64,000 bases of DNA, taken from contig JAUCBJ010005560.1 of assembly GCA_032718475.1 (NCBI GenBank), forward strand, positions 2,861 through 66,860, in the 5' to 3' direction. The notes under the pieces were generated by a model that saw only the letters and a program-made list of their open reading frames with translations, made no database searches and was not told where the DNA came from. This DNA is from Nemertoderma westbladi. Taxonomy: Eukaryota > Animalia > Xenacoelomorpha. This document shows, in pieces, positions 24,711 through 36,900 of this stretch. The position numbers were made by a program, and so were the translations under genes. The stretch's first letter is position 1, and every line of letters begins with the position of its first letter.

Positions 24711-25038
24711 CGGGTAGGTATCGTTCAATAATAATTATACTGCACAAGTGGATCTGTTAGACACTACTGAGTCACGGCAGGACGGAAGGGTTATAAAGGG
24801 AGGCCTAAGTAATTTGAATAGCTATAAATGCTGAAATGAGTAGGCTACCTTGGCTCCTATAACTTCAACAGAAAATAAGATTATCTTTGTACTTTATTTC
24901 TGTATTTACGCAGGCTGTAAGCGTGTGCGTAAGTGTCACAAGGGTAACACTCCGTCTACCCGTCCAGTCGTCTGTGTGTAACTCTCACAAAAATAAATAC
25001 AGAAATAGTCAGACACTCAGACAGTTTGCAGTTTTAGC

Positions 25039-25467
25039 TTACAAAAAGTATGGCGGTTTCTTTAGCGTAACTCCGTATTCGTTTAGCGCTAATGCCAAGT
25101 CGTCGGTAGTCAATAAACTCTGTCGTTTGTCTCGCGATATTTTCTTGGTTACCAACTGCTGGTTTCCTCGCATCTTACTGTGTTGCATGGCATCGACGAC
25201 CACGTCCGATACGAACTTCTGAGCGGCCAAAGCGACCACTCGCACGACTCGAGGGTCGCTGCAGTTGAACCCCGATTTGTTGAGGTAGTGACAGCAGACA
25301 GCGTCGGGGATTGTAGGCGTGTAGTCGCTGAGTTGGAGCATAAGATCTGTGAGCTGTTCGCCCGGTTGGTATGTAGAGTCTTCCGGGTCCGATTGTGTTT
25401 CTTCTGGTTCCTCTTTTATTTGGGATATATCGGTAATTTCAATATTATTTTCAATGCTATCAGACAT
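25039..25467 (-). CDS. TAF10: TFIID subunit TAF10, intronless CDS; nested in host intron 5
   Basis: LSDYTPTIPDAV..YLNKSGF..SDPRVVRVVALAAQKFVSDV...LTTDDLALALNEYGVTLKKPPYF. First ATG is at 25467. Minus-strand AATAAA at 24893-24898. Confidence 0.96.
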   Translation of the reverse strand: MSDSIENNIEITDISQIKEEPEETQSDPEDSTYQPGEQLTDLMLQLSDYTPTIPDAVCCHYLNKSGFNCSDPRVVRVVALAAQKFVSDVVVDAMQHSKMRGNQQLVTKKISRDKRQSLLTTDDLALALNEYGVTLKKPPYFL

Positions 25468-26023
25468 ACCAGCTTTCCGCAGAACCGACAATAAAGTGGT
25501 AATAAAGCTACTAGGCCTAATTGGTAGACCTACTGCAGTACTGCAGTACTGACAACTGGACAATATGCAGATATGAGTGCTAATACTGTAATATGAGGAC
25601 CTCCTCCTCTATGCAGCTATGTCTGTACGTTACTCTACTGGTATGGTGTGGTGGCCCAGAAGGGACAACTTAAAAAAATATTTCATTTCGAGTACGGTAA
25701 AAAAAAAAACGACAAAAACAAATTATTCATGAAATTCTTGTTTTTGTCGTTTTTTTTTATTTCACCACAAATAAAAAAAACGACAAAAACGAAATTTGGT
25801 TTCAAGTAAGGAAGGTTTTGAGAGGGAGATTTAAAACAGAATTTAGGCCTACATGCTTGTTTTGGTAAATCCAAAAATGGATATCTTAATTCCGGCGTAT
25901 TATTACCTACGTTTTACTGTTAGAGATACAAGGGTGCTATTGAAGGGTGCTGTGTGGGCTGCAGCCCACGGCCCAAGCGACTGAATCAGCCCTTTCAAAA
26001 ACTTACTACCGGAAGCCGGAAGT

Positions 26024-26674
26024 CCCCATGAAGCCGGAATTTTCGATTTCGCCTTTAAATTTTTTTAATAAGCGTTTTAAAAAAGTGTCTTTTTCGAAAT
26101 CACACCCTCCATATCGTGGCCATTCTTCACATTAGTCGTAATTTTTTCATATCATTGGAAAGCTTGCGTTACAAGGATTCCAAATATGTAACAATATCTG
26201 AATTTCGTTGAGAAACAGCTGAGAAATAGGCGTTTAAAGATTGCAAGAATTATTGTTCGCTGCAGGCCATTTATTATATTTAATAAATACACAATGTTCT
26301 GGAACATTTTGTTTAAATATGAATAGCTACGCAATAGATATACTGGATAGGAATACCGCTGTTGCCAATGCCAACTAACTCATAAAATAAATAAGACGTT
26401 CTAGAATTTTGTGTATTTATTAGAGAATAAATGGCCTACAGCCAATGATCGTTCTTGCAATCTTTGAACGCCTATCTCAGCTGTTTCTCAAAGAAATTCA
26501 AACATTGTTACATATTTGGAATCCTTGTAACACAAGCTTTTTAATAATATGAAAAAATTACGACAAATGTGAAGAATGGCCACGATATTGAGGGTGCGAT
26601 TTCGCAAAAGACACTTTTTTAAAACGCTTATAAAAAAAATTAAAGGGAAAATCGAAAATTCCGGCTTCACGGGG
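26024..26674. mobile_element. Long inverted-repeat element (arms about 300 bp), piggyBac-like MITE
   Basis: ccccatgaagccggaattttcgattt... mirrored by ...aaatcgaaaattccggcttcacgggg|ttaa; TTAA is present only on the right side. Confidence 0.7.
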
Positions 26675-27284
26675 TTAACGATGGTGAGTTGAACTAGTTC
26701 TGTTTCAAATTTCAAGCAATATGATAAAGATTTGTAGAAAAAACTGGGGGGGGGGGGGGGGGTCCGTGTCATCAGAAAATAACACTACAGTATATTACGG
26801 GACATGGTGTAGTACAGTTGTAGTACTACTGTAAATAGTAATACAATAATAATACCTGTCAGCCTGTGTAGGACCTGATGTCTGTTGCACTGTGGTAAAG
26901 CAAGGAACAAAAACCTTAACGGCAATCGATTTAAGACCTCACAAAAACTCTGTCTGAGCCCTGAGGTCTAGAATAGGGCCTATACTGTATGTGCCAGGTA
27001 TCAATCAGCAAGAAAGGGTTTATAAACAATAATACGAAATGGTTGAAGGTTTTCATTTCAGGCATCTCTAAAATGTTTTTATTTCAGCCAGCTAGCGGTA
27101 GAATGAAGTACCGCTGAGGGATTACCGTTCCAACAAATGGATGGTCTGGAGTACAATAACTAGACATTTTTAAAGTCAGTCACCCTTTTCAAACGGACAT
27201 TTCAAGTTATATAGTTTTACTCAGTATGGTAAGGCTTTCTGTTGAATTAGTTACATTTCGTAACTTTATTTTGTGATTCTATAG

Positions 27285-27431
27285 ATGGAGGATGCCGTTC
27301 GAAACCTGAAGACATTAGAAAGCAATTGGCGAACTGTTGAAGTCGAGAAGGGAAGGTTGTCTGGCCAAGTGAATCATCTGGAGACTGAGGTTGACAAACA
27401 CATGGCGATGTACAGGGAGTCCGAGCTAAAG
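27285..27431 (+). CDS. Host exon 6 (147 nt): MEDAVRNLKT...RESELK
   Basis: ttctatag| acceptor, AAG|gtgaga donor. Confidence 0.85.
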
Positions 27432-28170
27432 GTGAGAGAATCTCTTCTTTTGATAATTATTTTTACTGTATAAAGCAATTACAAACTAATATGAGATAAG
27501 GGCTCGTGTCGCGTTTTTCCATATCCCTTGCCTGGCTCCCTACATCTTACCTTTTTTTAATCCAAAAACGTTTTATTGGAATTAATTATGGTGGCTTAAG
27601 ATCTTGATGAATTATTGTAGCATGGCGGCGTCGTTCTACTGTACGTACTGTACAATACCACCCGACTAATTCTCAGCCGATCAACGTCTTGTAAGTTAAA
27701 TAAAATGTTTGTCTTACAAAGGTTTCTTCTCCACCCTATCTAAACGTTTATTTTCATTTGATTTATAAAGTACAGTACTAGAACTATAGTAATAAACGTT
27801 TACAAATATTGACGCAATGAGGGACTTATTCTTGACTGATATGGTAATAATGCCGGAAGCGATAGTTATTGACAATGCTAACATCGTGTTAATTGGTTCT
27901 TTGTGGACTTTATTTGTTCGCGGCGCGGTAAATCTTTATTATATAAATCGGCGGATACAATTTAGTGTAGATTACATCATCAATGGAAAACATTATACGC
28001 GATGGGAAGTACATCAAATTTAATTAAACTAAGATTCGTAACGCTATTACCAAGAAGGTATTAATTATTTGTAATATTTTATTCAATCTCACCAATTATT
28101 GTACTTGTTCTACTATTCGTTTAATTATCACCTTAATAAAACGAATTATCAACATATCGTATAAACAAAA

Positions 28171-29328
28171 ATGCTTTTACTAGCAATGGCATTGATATTC
28201 CCAGTTTTTTCGCATACTGCAAATATTGACGTTGCTGACAAACTTAAAGAGAAAGCCGAAAACGCGAGTTACAACCTGTTTTCTCGGCCGCTATCCGTAG
28301 ACGGGGGTCCTCTGGTGGTGGAAGTAGGTGTCGGTATCTACGCGATGGGCGAAATCGACGATTACGGTATGTCCTTCAGTACCGACTTCTTCTTACGGAT
28401 GTGGTGGCGCGATCCCCGACTCGCTTTCGATGACGCGATTTTCTGCGACGATGCCAATTTAGTGCGCGACGATTACGTGAGCGTGGGCTCCGGGATATCC
28501 GATCTGATCTGGAGACCCGATCTTTTCTTGGCCAACACCTTGAAGTTAACGATCTTCAATGAGCCAATGCCAAATCGAAAAGTAGCTTTTTACCCCGACG
28601 GAAGCATCATGCTCTCTCAGCGATTGAGCGCCCAAACGAAATGTCACTTTGACTTTACATTCTACCCGATGGATACACAGTATTGCGATCTTACCATGGA
28701 GAGTTACACCTACGATGTAAAAGAAGTGGTTTACAAATTCAGACAAAAACATGCTGTGGAGATCTCAGAAGTTATCCAGTTCGCTGAACACGAAAACATC
28801 AGCATGAATAACGACCAGATAAGATGGTCCGAAGTTACCCGTAGCAGTTCTCTGGGTGATTATTCCTCTCTAACAATCTCCTTTACTTTCACTAGACTCA
28901 CCGGCTCCTCCTTCGTCAGCATCTACTTCCCGGTCAACCTCGCCGTGACCATGTCGTGGATCGGTTTCTGGGTGGATCGTAAAGCCACACCAGCACGTTC
29001 AGCTCTCGTTATTACCACCATCCTCACCCTCACAACCATCGTTCTACAGACCTACTCCCGACTCCCCAATGTCGCCTACGTTACCGCTTTGGATGTCGCC
29101 TTTGTTGTCGCTCTCTTGTTTGCTTTTGGTGCCCTTGTCGAGTTCGCTATCGTATCAAATTGCGGGAAAAAGTTCGATGATACCATGGAGAAATACAAAT
29201 TCGTACTTGTACTGACTCCAGGGGACGATATGGCCTCGAAAATTGATAATGTCTGTAAAATTATCTTTCCTCTATCCTATGGAACTTTTCTTATTGCTTA
29301 TTTTTCTTCTTATTTTTTAACGAGATAA
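28171..29328 (+). CDS. Cys-loop ligand-gated ion channel subunit, anion-selective GABA-A/glycine-receptor-like, intronless CDS; nested in host intron 6 (same strand as host)
   Basis: Signal peptide, WRDPRL, IWRPDLF, Cys-loop CHFDFTFYPMDTQYC, four TM segments, ATPAR motif before M2; AATAAA near 29457. Confidence 0.92.
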   Translation: MLLLAMALIFPVFSHTANIDVADKLKEKAENASYNLFSRPLSVDGGPLVVEVGVGIYAMGEIDDYGMSFSTDFFLRMWWRDPRLAFDDAIFCDDANLVRDDYVSVGSGISDLIWRPDLFLANTLKLTIFNEPMPNRKVAFYPDGSIMLSQRLSAQTKCHFDFTFYPMDTQYCDLTMESYTYDVKEVVYKFRQKHAVEISEVIQFAEHENISMNNDQIRWSEVTRSSSLGDYSSLTISFTFTRLTGSSFVSIYFPVNLAVTMSWIGFWVDRKATPARSALVITTILTLTTIVLQTYSRLPNVAYVTALDVAFVVALLFAFGALVEFAIVSNCGKKFDDTMEKYKFVLVLTPGDDMASKIDNVCKIIFPLSYGTFLIAYFSSYFLTR

Positions 29329-30690
29329 ACATAACAATTTATCTTTAAGGATTGGGTTCGGGTTTAATATAGTTTCAATGTTTCATTGCTTCTTTTGCAA
29401 TAATTATTCACAAGAATTAATAATGAACATACTGTATAGCTAGCCGTTAAAGGCTAAATAAAGCTACAGTAGTCTATCTACTGTATTATATATTTATTGG
29501 TCTCAATGTCATGCTGGCGTGATATTTTGTCCCATAAATAATATTCTGTACCTACTTTATAGTGTGTTTCTTAAAACGTGTAATAATGTGGTAAATTATT
29601 CAGTATAATTCGTATCATAAATATACTTATTAATATTAATTGTTTACATCTAAATTTGTTTTTTTTTATTGACACAAATTCCGCCAAAAAAATGACCATA
29701 AAAATCAGAATTTTTGGTAAAATTATCCCCATTTTATGTGCGTGTCCTAATATTATACATCAACATAAATAGGAAATGTTGAACGTTCTCTGGAGACTGG
29801 GATATTTGTTATACGAACTGGGATATTATGGACATTGTCCATAGGCCTACTGTTGGACGCACCTAACTTCAGTACCGCCACGGGTTGTATTTTACGGGAA
29901 GAGACAGACGGTGAGACGGCTATGCGCCTTTCGCGCCAAATCTAAGCCCCGAGCAATCTTTTCCGGATAATAACTTAACTAAGTGACTGTCTAAGTGTCT
30001 GGCTGATTATGAAGATCATGAAACTGTAACCTTCGCTAAGACTACCGTTTATTGTTTCGGTTGGAATCATTGGTAATTATTCCGAGAAAATCCGAGGATA
30101 CAAAATATGATGCGGCCAGAGGAAAGGAGCATATGTATAGAAATTTATCATGCAATGTAACACCGTAACTATTAATTGGCGGCTCGTTGATGTAATGTAA
30201 TGGACTTACCGGTGCCGGAAATGGCAAACATTACAATTAAAATAGCTTTTGTCAATGCGTTTTTCAAAATTTAAGTTCAACCCTTTTCCGCTTTCAGATT
30301 CTATAGATTCATATTACGAAATTTTAGAAATTCTACCAAGAAGATCATATTGTTTTTAATTGTTTCATATAATATGCGGTTTGTCATATCGTACGTTTTG
30401 CAATAAACGTCAAAGTTTATCTTCCAAAGTTTATTCAAGGTGATTGTGTGCTATATTAAAGTAAGAAGCAATAAATTGTGCTTAATTGACGCCGTTTGTT
30501 AAAAATACATTATACAGTACGATATTGTACCTGAAATGAAGTATATCAGTAGGGCTACACCTTTTGGCCTCGCCTCACAACTAATTCGCTAATCGGTCGT
30601 TGAGTGACCGTTTCGTAACGGGTTTAACAAACTCGTCGTTTCTAGTTATGCGAACTTCATCACCGGTAATTTATTATTTATCAATTCCAG

Positions 30691-30849
30691 AACAAAAATT
30701 TAGAGAGAAAGGCAATACTTATAGATGATGAGTTAACCGCCGTTAAATCAGATTGCACAGATGCCCAAATAGAAGCTGATAAGGCGAAGGCTTGTTTAGA
30801 AGAACTCAAGAGGTCCAATTACTTGTCTCAGTCTACGTTAACATCTGAG
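30691..30849 (+). CDS. Host exon 7 (159 nt): NKNLERKAIL...STLTSE
   Basis: attccag| acceptor, GAG|gttgga donor, open frame. Confidence 0.8.
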
Positions 30850-30950
30850 GTTGGAATTTAATCAATGTTATTAAAGTTATTTATTTATTTATTCCCACAA
30901 TGGTGTAGTGGTTTTTTCCGTGGCCTTGAATTCCCATATCTGATTTCAAA

Positions 30951-33900
30951 GATCGGGAGTTCGAAAACCAAAATAGAACCAGGGTAGTTTCCCAGAGATC
31001 GTGGATTCGAGAACCAAATAGAACCAGTGTAGTTTCCCAGAGATCGTGAGTTCGAGATCCAATAGAACCAGGGTAGTTTCCCATAGATCGTGGGTTCGAG
31101 AACCAATAGAACCAGTGTAGTTTCCCAGAGATCGTGGGTTCGAGAACCAAATAGAACCAGGGTAGTTTTCCAGAGATCGTGGGTTCGAGAACCAAATAGA
31201 ACCAGGGTAGTTTTCCAGAAATCGTGAGTTCGAGATCCAATAGAACCAGTGTAGTTTCCCAGAGATCGTAAGTTCGAGATCCAATAGAACAAGGGTAGTT
31301 TCCCAGAGATCGTGGGTTCGAGATCCAATAGAACCAGGGTAGTTTCCCAGAGATCGTGAGTTCGAGATCCAATAGAACCAGTGTAGTTTCCCAGAGATCG
31401 TGAGTTCGAGATCCAATAGAACCAGGGTAGTTTCCCAGAGATCGTGGGTTCGAGATCCAATAGAACCAGGGTAGTTTCCCAGAGATCGTGAGTTCGAGAT
31501 CCAATAGAACCAGGGTAGTTTCCCAGAGATCGTGAGTTCGAGATCCAATAGAACCAGGGTAGTTTCCCAGAGATCGTGGGTTCGAGAACCAAATAGAACC
31601 AGGGTAGTTTCCCAGAGATCGTGGGTTCGAGAACCAAATAGAACCAGTGTAGTTTCCCAGAGATCGTGGGTTCGAGAACCAAATAGAACCAGTGTAGTTT
31701 CCCAGAGATCGTGGGTTCGAGAACCAAATAGAACCAGGGTAGTTTCCCAGAGATCGTGGGTTCGAGAACCAAATAGAACCAGTGTAGTTTCCCAGAGATC
31801 GTGGGTTCGAGATCCAAATAGAACCAGTGTAGTTTCCCAGAGATCGTGGGTTCGAGATCCAATAGAACCAGGGTAGTTTCCCAGAGATCGTGGGTTCGAG
31901 AACCAAATAGAACCAGGGTAGTTTCCCAGAGATCGTGGGTACGACAACCAAATAGAACCAGGGTAGTTTCCCAGAGATCGTGGGTTCGAAAACCAAATAG
32001 AACCAGTGTAGTTTCCCAGAGATCGTGGGTTCGAGAACCAAATAGAACCAGGGTAGTTTCCCAGAGATCGTGTGTTCGAGAACCAAATAGAACCAGTGTA
32101 GTTTCCCAGAGATCGTGGGTTCGAGAACCAAATAGAACCAGTGTAGTTTCCCAGAGATCGTGGGTTCGAAAACCAAATAGAACCAGTGTAGTTTCCCAGA
32201 GATCGTGGGTTCGAGAACCAAATAGAACCAGGGTAGTTTCCCAGAGATCGTGGGTTCGAGAACCAAATAGAACCAGTGTAGTTTCCCAGAGATCGTGGGT
32301 TCGAGAACCAAATAGAACCAGTGTAGTTTCCCAGAGATCGTGGGTTCGAAAACCAAATAGAACCAGTGTAGTTTCCCAGAGATCGTGGGTTCGAGATCCA
32401 ATAGAACCAGGGTAGTTTCCCAGAGATCGTGGGTACGAGAACCAAATAGAACCAGTGTAGTTTCCCAGAGATCGTGGGTTCGAGAACCAAATAGAACCAG
32501 GGTAGTTTTCCAGAGATCGTGAGTTCGAGATCCAATAGAACCAGTGTAGTTTCCCAGAGATCGTAAGTTCGAGATCCAATAGAACCAGGGTAGTTTCCCA
32601 GAGATCGTGGGTTCGAGATCCAATAGAACCAGGGTAGTTTCCCAGAGATCGTGAGTTCGAGATCCAATAGAACCAGTGTAGTTTCCCAGAGATCGTGAGT
32701 TCGAGATCCAATAGAACCAGGGTAGTTTCCCAGAGATCGTGGGTTCGAGATCCAATAGAACCAGGGTAGTTTCCCAGAGATCGTGAGTTCGAGATCCAAT
32801 AGAACCAGGGTAGTTTCCCAGAGATCGTGAGTTCGAGATCCAATAGAACCAGGGTAGTTTCCCAGAGATCGTGGGTTCGAGAACCAAATAGAACCAGGGT
32901 AGTTTCCCAGAGATCGTGGGTTCGAGAACCAAATAGAACCAGTGTAGTTTCCCAGAGATCGTGGGTTCGAGAACCAAATAGAACCAGTGTAGTTTCCCAG
33001 AGATCGTGGGTTCGAGAACCAAATAGAACCAGGGTAGTTTCCCAGAGATCGTGGGTTCGAGAACCAAATAGAACCAGTGTAGTTTCCCAGAGATCGTGGG
33101 TTCGAGATCCAAATAGAACCAGTGTAGTTTCCCAGAGATCGTGGGTTCGAGATCCAATAGAACCAGGGTAGTTTCCCAGAGATCGTGGGTTCGAGAACCA
33201 AATAGAACCAGGGTAGTTTCCCAGAGATCGTGGGTTCGACAACCAAATAGAACCAGGGTAGTTTCCCAGAGATCGTGGGTTCGAAAACCAAATAGAACCA
33301 GTGTAGTTTCCCAGAGATCGTGGGTTCGAGAACCAAATAGAACCAGGGTAGTTTCCCAGAGATCGTGTGTTCGAGAACCAAATAGAACCAGTGTAGTTTC
33401 CCAGAGATCGTGGGTTCGAGAACCAAATAGAACCAGTGTAGTTTCCCAGAGATCGTGGGTTCGAAAACCAAATAGAACCAGTGTAGTTTCCCAGAGATCG
33501 TGGGTTCGAGAACCAAATAGAACCAGGGTAGTTTCCCAGAGATCGTGGGTTCGAGAACCAAATAGAACCAGTGTAGTTTCCCAGAGATCGTGGGTTCGAG
33601 AACCAAATAGAACCAGTGTAGTTTCCCAGAGATCGTGGGTTCGAAAACCAAATAGAACCAGTGTAGTTTCCCAGAGATCGTGGGTTCGAGAACCAAATAG
33701 AACCAGGGTAGTTTCCCAGAGATCGTGTGTTCGAGAACCAAATAGAACCAGGGTAGTTTCCCAGAGATCGTGGGTTCGAAAACCAAATAGAACCAGTGTA
33801 GTTTCCCAGAGATCGTGGGTTCGAGAACCAAATAGAACCAGGGTAGTTTCCCAGAGATCGTGTGTTCGAGAACCAAATAGAACCAGTGTAGTTTCCCAGA

Positions 33901-36900
33901 GATCGTGGGTTCGAGAACCAAATAGAACCAGTGTAGTTTCCCAGAGATCGTGGGTTCGAGAACCAATAGAACCAGTGTAGTTTCCCAGAGATCGTGGGTT
34001 CGAGAACCAAATAGAACCAGTGTAGTTTCCCAGAGATCGTGGGTTCGATATCCAATAGAACCAGTGTAGTTTCCCAGAGATCGTGGGTTCGAGAACCAAA
34101 TAGAACCAGGGTAGTTTCCCAGAGATCGTGTGTTCGAGAACCAAATAGAACCAGTGTAGTTTCCCAGAGATCGTGGGTTCGAGATCCAATAGAACCAGGG
34201 TAGTTTCCCAGATATCGTGGGTTCGAGATCCAATAGAACCAGGGTAGTTTCCCATAGAGCGTGGGTTCGAGATCCAATAGAACCAGGGTAGTTTCCCAGA
34301 GATCGTGGGTACGAGAACCAAATAGAACCAGTGTAGTTTCCCAGAGATCGTGGGTTCGAGAACCAAATAGAACCAGGGTAGTTTCCCAAAGATCGTGGGT
34401 TCGAGAACCAATAGAACCAGTGTAGTTTCCCAGAGATCGTGGGTTCGAGAACCAAATAGAACCAGTGTAGTTTCCCAGAGATCGTGGGTTCGAGAACCAA
34501 ATAGAACCAGTGTAGTTTCCCAGAGATCGTGGGTTCGAGAACCAAATAGAACCAGTGTAGTTTCCCAGAGATCGTAGGTTCGAGAACCAAATAGAACCAG
34601 GGTAGTTTCCCCGAGATCGTGGGTTCGAGAACCAAATAGAACCAGTGTAGTTTCCCAGAGATCGTGGGTTCGAGAACCAAATAGAACCAGTGTAGTTTCC
34701 CCGAGATCGTGGGTTCGAGAACCAAATAGAACCAGTGTAGTTTCCCAGAGATCGTGGGTTCGAGAACCAAATAGAACCAGTGTAGTTTCCCAGAGATCGT
34801 AGGTTCGAGAACCAAATAGAACCAGTGTAGTTTCCCAGAGATCGTGGGTTCGAGAACCAAATAGAACCAGTGTAGTTTCCCAGAGATCGTAGGTTCGAGA
34901 ACCAAATAGAACCAGTGTAGTTTCCCAGAGATCGTGGGTTCGAGAACCAAATAGAACCAGGGTAGTTTCCCAGAGATCGTGGGTTCGAGAACCAAATAGA
35001 ACCAGGGTAGTTTCCCAGAGATCGTGGGTTCGAGATCCAATAGAACCAGGGTAGTTTCCCAGAGATCGTGGGTTCGACAACCAAATAGAACCAGGGTAGT
35101 TTCCCAGAGATCGTGGGTTCGAGAACCAAATAGAACCAGGGTAGTTTCCCAGAGATCATGGGTTCGAGAACCAAATAGAACCAGGGTAGTTTCCCAGAGA
35201 TCGTGGGTTCGAGAACCAAATAGAACCAGGGTAGTTTCCCAGAGATCATGGGTTCGAGAACCAATAGAACCAGTGTAGTTTCCCAGAGATCGTGGGTTCG
35301 AGAACCAAATAGAACCAGTGTAGTTTCCCAGAGATCGTGGGTTCGAGATCCAATAGAACCAGGGTAGTTTCCCAGAGATCGTGGGTTCGAGAACCAAATA
35401 GAACCAGGGTAGTTTCCCAGAGATCGTGGGTTCGACAACCAAATAGAACCAGGGTAGTTTCCCAGAGATCGTGGGTTCGAGAACCAAATAGAACCAGGGT
35501 AGTTTCCCAGAGATCATGGGTTCGAGAACCAAATAGAACCAGGGTAGTTTCCCAGAGATCGTGGGTTCGAGAACCAAATAGAACCAGGGTAGTTTCCCAG
35601 AGATCATGGGTTCGAGAACCAAATAGAACCAGGGTAGTTTCCCCGAGATCGTGGGTTCGAGAACCAAATAGAACCAGTGTAGTTTCCCAGAGATCGTGGG
35701 TTCGAGATCCAATAGAACCAGGGTAGTTTCCCAGAGATCGTGTGTTCGAGAACCAAATAGAACCAGGGTAGTTTCCCAGAGATCGTGGGTTCGAGAACCA
35801 AATAGAACCAGTGTAGTTTCCCAGAGATCGTGGGTTCGAGAACCAAATAGAACCAGTGTAGTTTCCCAGAGATCGTGGGTTCGAGAACCAAATAGAACCA
35901 GGGTAGTTTCCCAGAGATCGTGGGTTCGACAACCAAATAGAACCAGGGTAGTTTCCCAGAGATCGTGGGTTCGAGAACCAAATAGAACCAGGGTAGTTTC
36001 CCAGAGATCATGGGTTCGAGAACCAAATAGAACCAGGGTAGTTTCCCAGAGATCGTGGGTTCGAGAACCAAATAGAACCAGGGTAGTTTCCCAGAGATCA
36101 TGGGTTCGAGAACCAAATAGAACCAGGGTAGTTTCCCCGAGATCGTGGGTTCGAGAACCAAATAGAACCAGTGTAGTTTCCCAGAGATCGTGGGTTCGAG
36201 ATCCAATAGAACCAGGGTAGTTTCCCAGAGATCGTGTGTTCGAGAACCAAATAGAACCAGGGTAGTTTCCCAGAGATCGTGGGTTCGAGAACCAAATAGA
36301 ACCAGTGTAGTTTCCCAGAGATCGTGGGTTCGAGATCCAATAGAACCAGGGTAGTTTCCCAGAGATCGTGTGTTCGAGAACCAAATAGAACCAGGGTAGT
36401 TTCCCAGAGATCGTGGGTTCGAGAACCAAATAGAACCAGGGTAGTTTCCCAGAGATCGTGGGTTCGACAACCAAATAGAACCAGGGTAGTTTCCCAGAGA
36501 TCGTGGGTTCGAGAACCAAATAGAACCAGGGTAGTTTCCCAGAGATCATGGGTTCGAGAACCAAATAGAACCAGGGTAGTTTCCCAGAGATCGTGGGTTC
36601 GAGAACCAATAGAACCAGGGTAGTTTCCCAGAGATCGTGGGTTCGAGAACCAAATAGAACCAGTGTAGTTTCCCAGAGATCGTGGGTTCGAGAACCAATA
36701 GAACCAGGGTAGTTTTCCAGAGATCGTGGGTTCGAGAACCAATAGAACCAGGGTAGTTTTCCAGAGATCGTGGGTTCGAGAACCAAATAGAACCAGTGTA
36801 GTTTCCCAGAGATCGTGGGTTCGAGAACCAATAGAACCAGGGTAGTTTCCCAGAGATCGTGGGTTCGAGAACCAAATAGAACCAGGGTAGTTTCCCAGAG

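Noticed and set aside
24711-25563. Longer N-termini for SAP30L and TAF10 given by the ORF track
   Set aside because: They start at TTG codons. The first ATGs are at 24710 and 25467, and the TAF10 extension covers the promoter-like TAGGCCTA.
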